Under the pieces are notes generated by a model. The model worked only from the letters and a program-made list of their open reading frames with translations. It was not told the origin of the DNA and made no database searches. Shown here in pieces: positions 26,901 through 39,925 of a stretch of DNA of 64,000 bases. Position numbers and translations under genes: made by a program. Every line of letters begins with the position of its first letter. The first letter of the stretch is position 1. This DNA comes from Antedon mediterranea (Eukaryota; Animalia; Echinodermata): the NCBI RefSeq assembly GCF_964355755.1, contig NC_092679.1, positions 2,634,201-2,698,200 of the forward strand, given 5' to 3'.

Positions 26901-28418
26901 TGTAAACAATGCAATGCCATTTATCTTCATAAGCAAACACTAACATTATTTTCATATAGCTACTGTACAGCTCTGTATGTAAGCATTTTAAAACTATTTT
27001 ACACAATTTTCCCGGATATAAGAGACACACCTCCAAGTTGGTGGCATCCGATGACAGCTTTATTATCAGACCAACTGTGTATTTCTTGATACCCTCACAC
27101 TGAGCTCTATCCAATACCTTCCATCTGGTTTTTATGACAGTTTCAAGAATTTGAAGTCCGTAATACTAAAAAAAAACAAGACAAATTAAAATAATCAAGT
27201 GTTTATTAATGTAAATAATATGTACAAACCTGTTTTAATTTGATAATGGGAGGCAGCAGATGATTAATGACTTTCACAAGGTGTGTAGTTCCATGTAGCC
27301 ATTAAACATTCATTATAAATACAGACTGATCTGATATTTAAATTTAACAATTTTTTTCAATTATAATTATTAATTCATTCCACATCTGTATTCTACTACA
27401 AAACACTTAAACATTATTTTATGAAAATATGGTCGATATTAAAACATCAACTTTAAATTGAAGTAATAAATTATTAAATATTGTTTAATATATTGTACTT
27501 ACTTTTGTTTCCTGGTTGCTGGCAAATTCTAAAATGGTGTCAACTCTGGTCCAGGCGTCTGGATGTTCTTTCAGGCTGGTCAGGATCTCTTGTGCCATTC
27601 GTTGCTATATAATATTAATTAAGTCAATTAATTCAATATACATCCATATAAACTAAATTACAAAAAAATGTATTCAATTAATGCTGATTTAAATAACTTT
27701 ACATCCATGAGTCTAAAGCTCTGTCTACGCTATCAAACTTGATGTCACAACAAAATGTATGTGCCCATGGACACGATGATGCCATATTACTACCATATTT
27801 AGGAATTTCATAACGGTAACCATATTTGGGCACATCACTATTTTTTTTAAATTTTAGTTGGATAGTGTAGACAGAGCTTTAAATCTGTTATTTGTTTTAT
27901 TTTTATTTCAAAGGTATTAATTTTGACACAAAGTTTCAAAACTCAAAGATTTCAGGTTTTGCTTTGTCATTGCGATACAGGACATGGTCAGAATGATCAA
28001 TTAACAATTAAATGTTTTAGTTTGTAGTTTACTAAGCTAAAGTTGGATATAACAAGGAAGTGGTTTTTAATTGATCATATATAATACCATGTAGTTGTAG
28101 GTTGCTTTCCAGTATAACAGGTACAGTATTAGGAGAAAAAACTTGTATACAACACAAGTGGAGAGCTCCCGTAAAAACATGAAAAAATATGCTTCTTAAT
28201 CTTGTCTAGGAATTAATGTCAAGGAATAAATTAGCCTCCAATTTCTCTGAATAATCCTGGATAGTACCAAAGGTGAAGAAGCATGGTCTTACCTCTGGTC
28301 CTTCCCCTCCGTACATTCTACCAACGACATCATCCAGCAAAGCAATATCAAGCTTCTGGTTAAAATCTAGCAGCCGCGATGCCTGCTCTGTTAAAGTTGC
28401 CATGCTTTGTGAAGGCAT
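14940..28418 (-). CDS. XPO1: Exportin-1 (CRM1), 22 coding exons, 1074 aa
   Basis: Exons 28293-28418, 27503-27604, 27031-27165, 26320-26480, 25262-25376, 24121-24240, 22005-22133, 21469-21627, 20930-21133, 20312-20450, 19833-19936, 19240-19474, 18853-19016, 18566-18700, 18276-18380, 17600-17785, 17227-17349, 16579-16819, 15932-16066, 15440-15602, 15205-15301, 14940-15086 (3225 nt). Motifs [45 protein letters not shown] (leptomycin-B cysteine retained), [12 protein letters not shown]. Probable 5' UTR exon with donor near 29189. Confidence 0.97.
16114..16304. mobile_element. MITE family A copy with internal insertion (further intronic copies ~16945-17091, ~17964-18095)
   Basis: Both TIRs present; internal AATCCAGAATCATGTTTACGGAACTT segment recurs at ~18118-18160. 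Confidence 0.75.
19526..19686. mobile_element. MITE family A copy
   Basis: TAA-AGCTCTGTCTACAC ... GTGTAGGCAGAGCT-TTA. Confidence 0.82.
20036..20250. mobile_element. Unclassified MITE
   Basis: Inverted termini AAGGCAATCTAACAA / TTGTTAGATTGCCTT in an XPO1 intron. Confidence 0.55.
22260..22374. mobile_element. MITE family A copy (internally deleted)
   Basis: Both TIRs recognisable. Confidence 0.75.
26671..26809. mobile_element. MITE family A copy
   Basis: Near-consensus copy with both TIRs. Confidence 0.82.
27717..27878. mobile_element. MITE family A copy
   Basis: Both TIRs, TAA/TTA flanks. Confidence 0.8.
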
Positions 28419-29189
28419 TGAATTTCAATCAAATAAAATATACCACTCTTCTTGAAATCTGCAATTCAAATCATTTAACCATGTCAAAAAGAAAAACATA
28501 AAAAAACAAACAATTTAATTACATGTTTTTCTTCTTTTTTTACGATGCATAATCAAAATTTACAAAAAAAATTAAATATCGTAATTTTTATTTAAAATCA
28601 TTCATATTGAAAATCAATTTTGTGTGTCTAGAACTTGGCGTTAGTCTAATTAAAATAATTTGTATGTATTTTTTAGAAGTTTCCAGCAAAGTTTCTTTCA
28701 TATCAAAAATTACATCACCCACCAACCACAAACACGGATCCCACAAACACAACACACAATTAAAATGTGATGACAAAATACAATTTAATTGATAATTTTT
28801 ATTTACTTACATAAAATAAGGCTTAACAATATAGTATTATACAGTTTAAATAAATATTTAATTTAGCAATTGATTAATGTACATGTGTAGGGAGGCATAA
28901 GTAAATAGGTCTATCCTTTTTTTTGGATAGCCAACAGGCCAAGTGTGACGGATTTTTTTCACCGTCGTCGATCGTAAACAAGCCCAACTGGTTTGGTCTG
29001 GCCTCGACCATGTACAGACGAAGGTAAGGCTACAACCAATCGTGTGCACCAAACCCATAAAATGACATACACTTTTATTCTTATAACATTAAATTAATTA
29101 CTGTACAATCAACCATAACAATGAACGTGAAAAATATACCTAAATTACTATGCCAAATATTACAGAATTATATTGATTAATTCCTATAC

Positions 29190-30850
29190 CTGGATGGAAT
29201 TTCCAATATTATATTTTTTTTCTACACCGGAATCATCATGAAAACGTCCGCGAGGCGCGATAAACGAATCCCGTGCGAGCATTCTCATTGGCTGATCAAC
29301 CTGATCCACAATTATCAATGAAAATAAGATTCAATGCCCAAAAAATATCTAACCTGGTACTACCTTACCTCTAAACGTACCGTATAGCTTAAGAAAAATT
29401 ACCTGAATTCAATAAAGATACTTCATATACAATCATTTATGCCGGAGTACTACTATCCACACTGTATCTCTGATTATTGTCTGAATTGGAGTGATGGAAA
29501 ATTTTGAGTTTCCTGAACCGGTTGGAACCAGTTTATGCTTGACTTTCTTTCTTCAACCATTCGCACAAAACACAAACACATTCATCATGTTTGTTGTTTT
29601 TCCAAATACACAATATATAAATAATATAATATACAGTTTATTAATTTATGTACAAAACACATATACGAGATTTTATGCTCCATAATCGGCGGTGTTACCC
29701 AGCCGCTCTGAAAAAAATATGGCAGGCCTACAACAATTCTAATAATACTGTACTACTACTAGAGTATATTAAATTCCAATACTTAGCATAACTGACTACA
29801 GACAGTACTATCCGATCCCGTATCCGATATATTCCGATTGATTTTGTCCCCTGTTTTAAATTGTATCAAAAACTAGGCTAGATTTGAACTCGTCAACCTA
29901 TTTACCTAAAAAAGAACTGTAAATTAATGCCAATGGGGAAAAATTGTCACGGTACACAGACACAATGGGCTTTTGGTTTCATTTGACCATTTATTTTGTC
30001 TTTCCATGGAGTAAAGAATTTTACTCCATGGTCTTTCTAAGTGATTATTTTGGTCCGCTTTTTTAAAATAAGGAAGTTAGTATAGCTATGAGAATTACTG
30101 AGCTAGCTTTTTTCCCCCTTTATCACATGCGCATTTGCTTATCCATTTGCTTGTGATGAGGGATTTTCCCGCGTGCGCACATGGCAAGTGACCATGTATT
30201 TGTTTTGCTATAGGCCTACTACTGTGTGCGCTCTGTATGCATAAGAAGTAGAGTTTTAATTCTTATGTAGAGTATAATATTTCATATGCAAAACAAATTT
30301 CTTCTTTTTTTTTCAAACTGAAGTGTTTACTATTGTACAAATAACGATATTTTATATGCTATACTTCTACACAACAATTTTTGGCAGTCGAAGTTTTAAA
30401 CACGGACAGTTTGGTCTATGGTTCAAACTATTTTTATACCTCCATGGTTCAATCAATATAAATTCCGGGTTATACTTGTTGTTGGTACTTACGTAGTACA
30501 ATTTCAGCACACTTTTCTTCTTTTACGCATGCTCATACATAGTCGCTCCTATATCTCTATTTGTATTTTTCAATATCCAAACGTTTTTTTTGTGTCTTTC
30601 TGTCAACCTGGTTGGAAATCATAATGGGATTACTGTCAAACTATAGTTTCTTGTTTCTTTTAGAAAATTAGCCGGTGTAATTGTCTAAATAATCTAAATT
30701 GCAGAACATCGTACTAGTACTTTTTGTAGGCCTAGTAGAACTTAGACCTATCCTAGCCAGGCTTCTAGCTAGGCCTTTGTGTACGCTCTGTCTTCTAATT
30801 TGTTTGTGTCTTTTGTGGGAAAGCGATGCTCTTTGTTGGGCGTAAGTATA
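29190..30850. promoter_or_regulatory. Divergent promoter/5' UTR region of XPO1 and ZNF410
   Basis: CpG-richer patches; CCAAT box (ATTGG ~29287), NRF1-like CATGCGCA (~30126) and GCGTGCGCAC (~30171); 5' UTR donors near 29189 (minus) and 30842 (plus). Confidence 0.5.
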
Positions 30851-31221
30851 TTCCCAGATTAGTTTTTAGGCCTAGACATTTTTACACGTTGTTAAAAGTA
30901 TATAGTTATCTATAAAATAAGGTTTGTGCCTTTTACTGTTAGTGAATTTAATAGTTTACTGTATGTTACGTCAAGTATGTAAAATAATTATAATTTAAAA
31001 TTGATTCAATATTTTATTAAAATAAATAATTCTGTCAGCTGTCAATGAAAATCCCCTCACAAATTTTATAGTGATTTGTTTAATTGATATTTTTTCTTCT
31101 TTTAATGATTTTAGTATGTATAATATAATTACTAATAATTTCTCTTAATAATATCATTTATTCATCGATATGTTCGTTGCATTGTTTGATAGGCAGATGA
31201 TGTCTTAAATTGACCATCAAT

Positions 31222-33946
31222 ATGACCAGTGACGCAACATCCAAAACTACCTACACGGCAAGTCTGTCTGTCGATTTCTTAGATTCTTCTCTTCATCACG
31301 AAACTGTTTCTACGTCAACGGCCCCAAAGGTTATCAACTTGAACGATGATAACATTCAAATTGATTTTTCTGATGGTAACGCCACAACAAACATACACGA
31401 AGGCTTACTGAACATTAGACATGATCAGATAGACAGAACAATCACAACAGACATCTGCGAAACATCTATTCATGAATCGCGTATTATGGACGAATCAAAC
31501 AATGACCAAACAACCGATGATATGGTTGTTTCGCAACCGAGCTACTTGTTATTCAGCATTCCGAACCCGTCGCAAACGCCCCTCCTTGACATGCCTCCTG
31601 TGTATGTTTTAAGTAATCACCTTGCGAAAGACAATTTAGATGCAAACGCTTTAGAAGAGCATCAGAAGAAGACTGCTGATCACATGGTACACCTACAAGA
31701 ACTGGCGCATGCGAATCTCATCACCGCTACACAGGAGAGTATAGCGAGAACATTTGGCATGGAATTGTTAGATGATAAGAAAGGTTTGTATAGGATCGAA
31801 AACCATCTTTTGGAACACCAAATAAGGAGAATTTTCCTATAAATTGAACAAGGGTAATATATGTTTTAAGGAGTGGCTTGGTGGTTATGATGCTTGGTTA
31901 CCAATCCAAGGGTCCTGGGTTCAAGTCCTGTCATATGTTAGAAATTGTTCTAATGACAATTTACAACTCCACTTTCAAATACTTGTAATAAGACTTTGTT
32001 TATGTAGAGCATCTTCCGATATGTTTGTCTTGTGAACAGGATTGCCACCTCTAATGAATTATCCTTGGCAATCTGCCTAAATATATAAGAACCAAATAAA
32101 CAAAACAAAAAGAACACTATAGCTATATCCTTTATAATAATACCATTTTATTTCCATTTTCCTATAATGTCTGTAGAAATTTAAAATCTATAAAAATAAA
32201 ATTGGAGTAATATAAAAATTGTAGAACAAAGGAATAATAGTTTAAATAATTTCTATTTTAGTCCGAAAAATCTACCTCTGTAAAGAGTGCGGTAAAGGGT
32301 TTAAGTCTTCAACAAATCGTAAATATCATATGGAGTTACACAAAGGAAATAAGGTGCTAAAATGCTCTTATCCCAACTGTGAACGTCGCTTCTCTTGGCC
32401 TACGCATCTTCAGTATCATCTAAAAACGCATACGTATGTCATTTTATTTTACATTTTTTAGAAATATTACGAAGTATAACCCCCAGTCCTCCCCTTCCTT
32501 TCCCCTACAGACACAAGGCATTTTTATTAATGCAATTCAAACATAATCCCACCCCTAAAGTTGGTTACATTTTGTACTTAGACCCCTGGGACTATTACTT
32601 GGGTGATTTATCATTTAAAATGAATGTTTTAACATGTTCTATATTGTACAGAAAAAGTTTTGTTTTTTGCTTTAATTAACATAAATTAATATTTTACTCT
32701 GTTCCAGTAACAATAGGCAGTATTTATGTGATGTACCAAATTGCGGGAAAGCATTCTTCACAGAGCAGCGACTGGTAGTGCACAAACGTACGCATACCGG
32801 TGTGCGGCCATACTCGTGTACGGAAAAAGGCTGTAACAAAAGTTTTACAACCGCCGGAAACTTGCGTAATCATATTAGGACTCATACAGGTAAACTTATA
32901 AGAGGTGTGTCCTCTGGATAGAGGTTTAGTCTTGGTGTTAAAACATATATTTTTCAGGAAGTTGTCCCCTTTAGGTGTGTCCTGAAAGGAAAGTGGTACT
33001 GTATCTTTAAATAACACATATTGACTGGCAAACAATTCATAAAGATTTTGTTTTCGTCTATATTATTCAAATAGGTGAAAAACCATTTGTATGCAATATG
33101 ACCGGATGTTCAGTTCAGTTCACTGAGAGGTCAAGTCTCAGAAAGCACATGTTGACCCACACTGGTAAGTAGAAATTGAAAAGATTGAATAGATCAGACA
33201 TTTTGATTCATAGTATACAAATAGTGAATGTTTACGAGTGTAATGGTACAAATAATGGCATGAGATGAATGATAAAAGGTTATATTTTTGTTATTTTTAT
33301 ATTTTTTCAGGTGAAAAACCATACAAATGCGAAGTTTGTGATAAATTGTTTACACAGATTGGAAGCAGGAACACTCACATGAAACGCAAGCATGCCAACT
33401 CGGCGACAGACATTGGCTCATCATTGGTCAGCAAGACCCTCATGGGCGATAGTCTAGTAGAATTACAGGGTCATATTTCTTATACAAGTAAGTCTATGTA
33501 CTGTACAATTACTGTGTATATGCCCACACCAACATTTTGAGCGATTTCTATTCAATTTCTTGGTTGTTTTTATAGGTTTGAGCCATGCTGAAACAGTGTC
33601 CTCGTCTTCGAATGGAGCCGTTGTGGTTTTATCTGAACCTCATACTAGTGTGACCATCAGCAACTCTGGTCATCTTGATCATCAGTCTGTTTCACGAGAA
33701 GACATGGTGTATGGGAACGATCTTTTACAGTCGGAACTGGACCAAAATATATCGCACAATATTCACGTTACTGGAGATATGGTTGGCACACACAAGCTGT
33801 CTAGTGACGTACATGGTATGCTGCCCTCGCAGAAAGGCATTGTAGGGTTAGATACGATGATTCACGGGAATGGGTCGGATGATGGTAGCAACGAAGACAG
33901 TAGGGAAAGCCTACGGAATGCAACGCAAGCCATGTATTGTCCATGA
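31222..33946 (+). CDS. ZNF410: C2H2 zinc-finger transcription factor, ZNF410 orthologue with six fingers, 517 aa
   Basis: Exons 31222-31783, 32262-32433, 32708-32889, 33075-33164, 33311-33487, 33576-33946 (1554 nt). N-terminal [13 protein letters not shown] matches the ZNF410 QELAHDSLIAAT motif; finger helices [40 protein letters not shown] parallel human WPAHFKYH, VLQRLKVH, TAGNLKNH, EYSSLRKH, QSGSRNVH as recalled. Confidence 0.88.
31868..32100 (+). mobile_element. tRNA-derived SINE in ZNF410 intron
   Basis: A box TGGCTTGGTGG, B box GGTTCAAGTCC, body, A-rich tail. Confidence 0.6.
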
Positions 33947-34501
33947 CAACTCTCTGTGAACTTGTTAGTGTAGTATATTAGGCATAGTAGAAATAATATA
34001 TTTAAAGAGCTAGCACGTACAGTCACATGATCATCTGCCATCATGTGAAAATATACAGTATAACCACGTTAAAGAATGCATTTACTTTCAGAATTGAAAA
34101 CGCTTTTACAAAACAAAATCGTGACCACTTTTCGGGTGCGATGCATGCAAAGGCGTGAGGACAATCATGGTATTACTATTAAATAGTGTATTTTCAATTT
34201 GTGCTAGTGCTTTTTATAGGTGCAATATACAGCTGCTGAGGATGAATAAAGATAGAAAATGATTATACTTTGTGTTATGTGTCCATTTTTGTTTCTACAC
34301 TATCAAACTTTATGCGATAACAAATATGATGTGCCCAAATATAGTAGTAATATGACATCATCATGCCCATATGAGCACATCACATAAAGCAGCATATAGT
34401 TTGGTAGAGCTTAAGTGTCATTTATTTGTGCAATCAGAAGTATATTCATAAACGTTCATGAGGTGGGAAAAAGTTCATTAAACAACTAACTCTACTTTCT
34501 C

Positions 34502-34762
34502 CTATGAAATGAATAAACTTGTATAGCAATTGACAGCCACATTAAGCTTCAAGAGAACAAAACATTGGGGTTCAATTTTATTTGCTGGAGCCGGACTGAA
34601 GCAGGTGTGAAAGAGATTTAAATCATGCAGTGTTTTAAATTCGACATGTAATGATTCGGGAGGAAGCATGGCTTCTAATACAATAAAACATTGTGTCCGT
34701 TGTAATTGGTTAATTTGGGTAGTCCGGTTCCCCATACTGGACTTGTGTATTCAATCGCTAAA
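34502..34762 (-). pseudogene. Degenerate non-LTR retrotransposon (CR1/L2-like) ORF2 3' fragment
   Basis: Minus strand translates IEYTSPVWGTGLPK, resembling the post-RT LEY..PVW..GLP motif; frameshifted afterwards. Confidence 0.55.
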
Positions 34763-36579
34763 GGGTCTTTCACACCTGTTCCGGTCCAACATCAATGTTT
34801 CGTTTTCACGACGCTCTACGCAGCTATGCTCCAATCAATGGTCGATTGGATTTAGTTGAACAGGAATACAGTATTAACTTTCCAATGAAAATTCAGGAAT
34901 ACAATTTTATAACACTATTCTAGAGTACTTTTATTAATTAAATTTCAGAAGATGACTAGGCATTGAAATGCGAGAAAACCAATGAATGACATGCAAATTC
35001 TGGTTGTACCGCCTCAGTGGACATCCCTGCATCAAATGTATCTTCAAACTTGCAAATATTTTCATGCAACTTGCTGGAACTGGAAATTTGTATCTCTTCA
35101 CCATGTCGTCGTCAATGTTTGGTCTGTTCTATTCGTCGTCAAGTCAGTCGACTTTTAATAAAACAACAACAACCTAATACTTTTTAGCGCCAAGTTTTGA
35201 CATTTATTTCTTTTTTAAAAATTCGAAATACATGTTTTTTTTTTCTTGTGTAATATTTTTGTTTTCTATTATATTTGTTTTATATTTTGTTCAATAAATT
35301 ATTACAATTTAAAGGATGCTAGACAATGCTGCGAGCCGGACACCCAACCCTAACTCCTTTGGCGCCAAATTTTTTTTTGTAAGGAGGGGGAGGTGCGATT
35401 TCCCAAATGCTCTGACCAGCTAAGGTGTTTTCTCACCTTCTAGCATCCATTACAACCTAACAGAAATCTAAATAAAAATCTAGACAGGCGCCTATAAGGC
35501 CCCACCGGGAAGCGGGGTCCGCTCTTCCTATCAAGTTTTACAGAATGTGTTCCGAACAAATTTAGAAATATGCTTACAAGAATATCTCAAGCTTTTTACT
35601 AATTTACATTATATTAAACCATGAAAAAATATATATATTTAGTATTGACAATTCAATGTGACAATGTCCATAACTTTACAAATTATTTTTCTGAAATACA
35701 TTATGCATAACATTTTTTGGAAAAAGAATGTGTAATTTTCACAATAAAATCTTTAGTTAAATTAGGGATAATTTTTTTAGAAATTTAGTTTTCGATGAAT
35801 AAAAATCAGTTTTAAATTTACATTTAACAATTACTACTGTTTAATGATATAATTTACTATCGATCAAACCTTGCTTTTAACTGATTTAGAATAAAATGAA
35901 ATTTTATACCTGGATTATGCTCTTTTTACATTTTGAAAATATAATTTCAGATTTTGAAATGGCTAAAGAATTTGTGAACCTTTTAAATTAGATATAAACT
36001 AGTGAATAAAATAAAACCATTTAATACCATTTCTTTACATTACTAACTTGTGTTATTAGTTGTTGAATTGCTAACTACATGAAATTAATTATCAATTATT
36101 ACGAATAAAATATCTTTTTTTTTCTAGAATGGTTTTTTTTACACTTCCAGCCAGTGTTAAGTCATAACTACTATTTGTCCGTACAATATTAATTAAATGT
36201 TTCTGAAATACCGGTAAAAACCGAAATTGTTACTTGCACAATTTTCAACAATACTTTTTTTCACATTACAAACCAGTGTTATTAATCACAATTGATATTC
36301 TATAATCTTTTGTTCAAATATTTACAATTTGTAAAAAAAATTAATTTTTGAAATGAAATAATGATTTGACATTTTGTTGTGTACAATTTACAACATTAAA
36401 AAGGTCTGAATGTTTCATTTTCATTTAGTGAAGATAAATATTAAACAATTCGCAATACATGTATCAAGACTATTAATAATCAGGAATTTTACATTAAAAC
36501 TTATGTTGTCAAAGTTATAGAATTTCTACTTTACATAACCTTAAATATTATTATTAACCTTTAGAATTATATACAGTAT

Positions 36580-37020
36580 AATTTATTTGTATTTAAAATT
36601 CATATTTTGAAATAAAGATATTGTATAAAATGGAGTACTTTTTACAGAAAGTTTAAAACATATTTTCAGTTATATACTAATATTTCGCAGCTAAAGTTAT
36701 TCAATGACTATTAGAACTTCTACATTTATTTTTGTAAGTGCACATAAATATATTTACCAAAATATTTTTGTATTTTGAAAACTTGTATTATTTAAAATTC
36801 ATATTTTGAAATAAATGTTATTGTTGTTATTTTATATAAATTAAAAGAAAATACAAAAAGGATTTTTTTAGATACTGAAATTTTACAACATATTTTCAGT
36901 TTGATATTCATATTTCGCAGCTGAAGTAATTAAACAAACTTTAGAATTTTAGTTTTGTAAAGTGCACATAAATATATTTATTTAAAAAAATTTAGGATAC
37001 TTTCTTTAAATTATTTGTAT
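36580..37020. repeat. Diverged ~220-bp tandem duplication
   Basis: TTTAAAATTCATATTTTGAAATAAA...ATATTTCGCAGCT...GTAAGTGCACATAAATATATTTA occurs twice. Confidence 0.7.
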
Positions 37021-37507
37021 TTTAAACGCATGTTATTAGTTATAGAATTTTGTGTACAAATAAACCTTAAGTTTATGTTACTGAAATGAAAATAGGTGTA
37101 TACCTACTAGACTATTGTAAATCAAATTGATGTTCATTAACAGAATAAAAAAACCTTTGTACAATATATTAAAAATAAAAGAGCTAATGAATAAAGTTTT
37201 ACAACAAATATTACAAGTTTAAATTGATAACATTTAAAAATTATAAAATTATTTTTTGTCGAGATTAAATGTTTACTTTTTTGTAAACATTTAGATGTAA
37301 TTAACAAAATTGGTATGAATATATTTATATAATTTGTACTAGATTTGTGTACATTTTTAAATTGTAATTGTAAATCAATAAACATTTTGTAACTATATAA
37401 AATAATACAATTTATAGCTCAAGTGATTCTACATGATAAATATTATTTAAAAATACATGCGACAGTGATAGTAATTGCTAAACCATAATATACCTTTTTA
37501 CTTTTGT

Positions 37508-37645
37508 ATATATTCAATTTTTAGATTTTACAAATTCTTACTTTTTGTGTGTCTAATATTCACAACATATTCAATTTTTAGATTTAACAAATTCTTACTT
37601 TTTGTGTGTCTAATATTCACAACATATTCAATTTTTAGGTTTCAA
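37508..37645. repeat. 57-bp tandem repeat, ~2.3 copies
   Basis: ATATTCAATTTTTAGATTT.ACAAATTCTTACTTTTTGTGTGTCTAATATTCACAAC repeated. Confidence 0.85.
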
Positions 37646-38094
37646 CATACTGTATTTATTTTTTAGATTTTACAACGATGAAACACCTTAATTTCATCAC
37701 ACGATACTATTTCTAAGGCTAAACATTTTACTATAGATTTGTATTTATAATTCAATTTTAACAGATCATTTTTTATATTATATTTTATTGTTATAATATT
37801 TATTTTTTATAGTTTCAACTTTATTATGAACAACTTGTATTAATCTTTTTTCGAACATTTTCATTTATTACCTGTACAGCATGTTTAATTTTTATTTTTG
37901 GTCAATTACTAATTATGTTATGTTATTTTGCGTTTGTCCGTTTATTACCTGTTACAGTGTGTTTAATTTCTATTTCAGATTAATTAAAAATTGTTATTAC
38001 TTTATTTGATTTATTGGTTAAGTTTCAAAAAAATAATTGTAATTTTTAAGCAAGTAAGTTAACCATTTTTTCTATATATATATGTATATGTATA

Positions 38095-38545
38095 TTTACA
38101 AAACCGTAAACCTTTGTGCATCTGTACTTGTTTTTAAATTAATGTAAATTAATGCATTTAAAACTTGTTTTATATACCCGTATTTTGTTTATAACGTAAT
38201 CTACCGACCGACAACCATACAAAATACGTACACAACAATTAATCAGTACAATTTCTACAAAATTTAAATATTTTACAATCGTTTAAAAAGATGTGGCTAT
38301 AGAAACTATTCATTTTCTTTTAACATGTATAGTTACGGCGTAAACCTTCATGCATATCTGTATTTGTTTTTAAATTACCGTAAATTAATGCATTTTAAAC
38401 ATGTTTTATATACCAGTAATCTACCGACCGACAACGAGGCAAACCTACACAATATGTATACAACAATTATCGGTGCAATTTCTACAAAATTTTGTATAAA
38501 TATTTTACAATTACTGTATTTACAAAGAAGTGGCTATTCACAATA
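38095..38545. repeat. ~240-bp tandem duplication
   Basis: CGTAAACCTT...GTAATCTACCGACCGACAAC...CAATTTCTACAAAATTT...GTGGCTAT twice. Confidence 0.75.
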
Positions 38546-38804
38546 TTAACAATGATTTTGGTCCCTTGCATGTTGATGTGACTTGAATGTCTGCTCCCCC
38601 AACCATATTTGGTATTTTCCTATATTAAGAATTATGGGCGGTTTCTTGTTTGATTATGATGGCATAGTCTGGTCCCTGTGATATGTTGGTCTGGTTTTAA
38701 TGATCAACTCCTTGAAGAATACCATTGTCCTAATATTGACACCTAATACGATCATTTCATCTGGAAAATGGGTTCTCCTAAAATACTGCAATTCCCAAGA
38801 TGCA

Positions 38805-39020
38805 TGTCCCTCTTAAACTACTGCAACACATGAAGAAACTGGTCCCTCCTAAACTACCGCAACACCTGAAGAAGCTGGTCCCTCTTAAACTACCGCAACA
38901 CCTGAAGAAGCTTGTCCCTCCTTAACTACCGCAACACCGGAAGAAGCTGGTCCCTTAAATGCCGGATAGTGGTCCCTGAGTCCTAAAATACTGCAACGCC
39001 CAAGAAGTTGGTCCCTTATG
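38805..39020. repeat. ~37-38-bp minisatellite
   Basis: TAAACTACCGCAACACCTGAAGAAGCTGGTCCCTC x4-5, with further GGTCCC units on both sides. Confidence 0.85.
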
Positions 39021-39678
39021 GTAAAGTAGTCCCTGGTCTTTTCACAACACACTGGGTGGTCCCTGTTATCTTTGTCTACACGTTCTTTGCCCTCCTCCCA
39101 TTGGAATCATTGGTCTCGTCTCAAGTACAGTTCCCCATTCCAACCACTCAACACTACAAGGCCATGTTTGGGATGTCACTACTTTCCAAAACCATTCTAG
39201 TACCATTAACCATTACACCAATCCAATTTTTTTTTTGCCAAGAAACCTGAAACTGAACTATGTTACGAGAAAAACAAAACACACAAGGTATATTTGTAAA
39301 CAAAAAAATACTGCTTTTTCACTAGTATCACTCACGGTACTCGATAACCATTTACTTTGCGCGTACATGAAACTTTACAGCATAGGGAAGCACACAAGTA
39401 GTCAAGAGAAAAACGACAATTCACCATACTCCTATCTTGATACCGATTCTATACCTAGTTACCCCAGCTAAGTCACTGTTTTGTTACAAGTCTGAAAATG
39501 AAGGGGAAACAAACAAAAAACACACACAAGAAAGCATGTTGCATATGACAATGTATGGCAATCAAATTACTGTATATACTTATCTTTTATACTAACCAAT
39601 AAAAATGTTCAGAATATAACTTTTATAACACCATTTCTTAAATTTCAACTTCTTCAAATTATTCTTTACACGCCTGTG

Positions 39679-39925
39679 TTTATGTCCCTATCAATTTTGC
39701 CCAGATCTGCCAGATTTCTAACTTCTTTTTCCCAATCAAGTTATGTCCCTAGAAATTTTGCCCACATCTGTTAAGATTTCTCACTTCTTTTTTCAATCAA
39801 GTTATGTCCCTAGAAATTTTGCCAACATCTACCAGATTTCTCGCTTCTTTCTTTAATCAAGTAATGTCCCTAGCAATTTTTCCCCAATCTGCAAGATTTC
39901 TTGCTTCTTTTTTTCAACCAAGTTC
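39679..39925. repeat. ~60-bp tandem repeat x4
   Basis: TTATGTCCCTAGAAATTTTGCCCACATCTG...AGATTTCT..CTTCTTTTT..AATCAAG. Confidence 0.85.

Noticed and set aside
31868-31935. tRNA gene
   Set aside because: A/B boxes are present but there is no intact acceptor stem, and it continues into a SINE-like body.
34935-35105. Short minus-strand ORF MVKRYKFPVPASCMKIFASLKIHL with a zinc-finger-like look
   Set aside because: Under 60 aa, lacks the first Cys and a properly spaced second His; no supporting gene structure.
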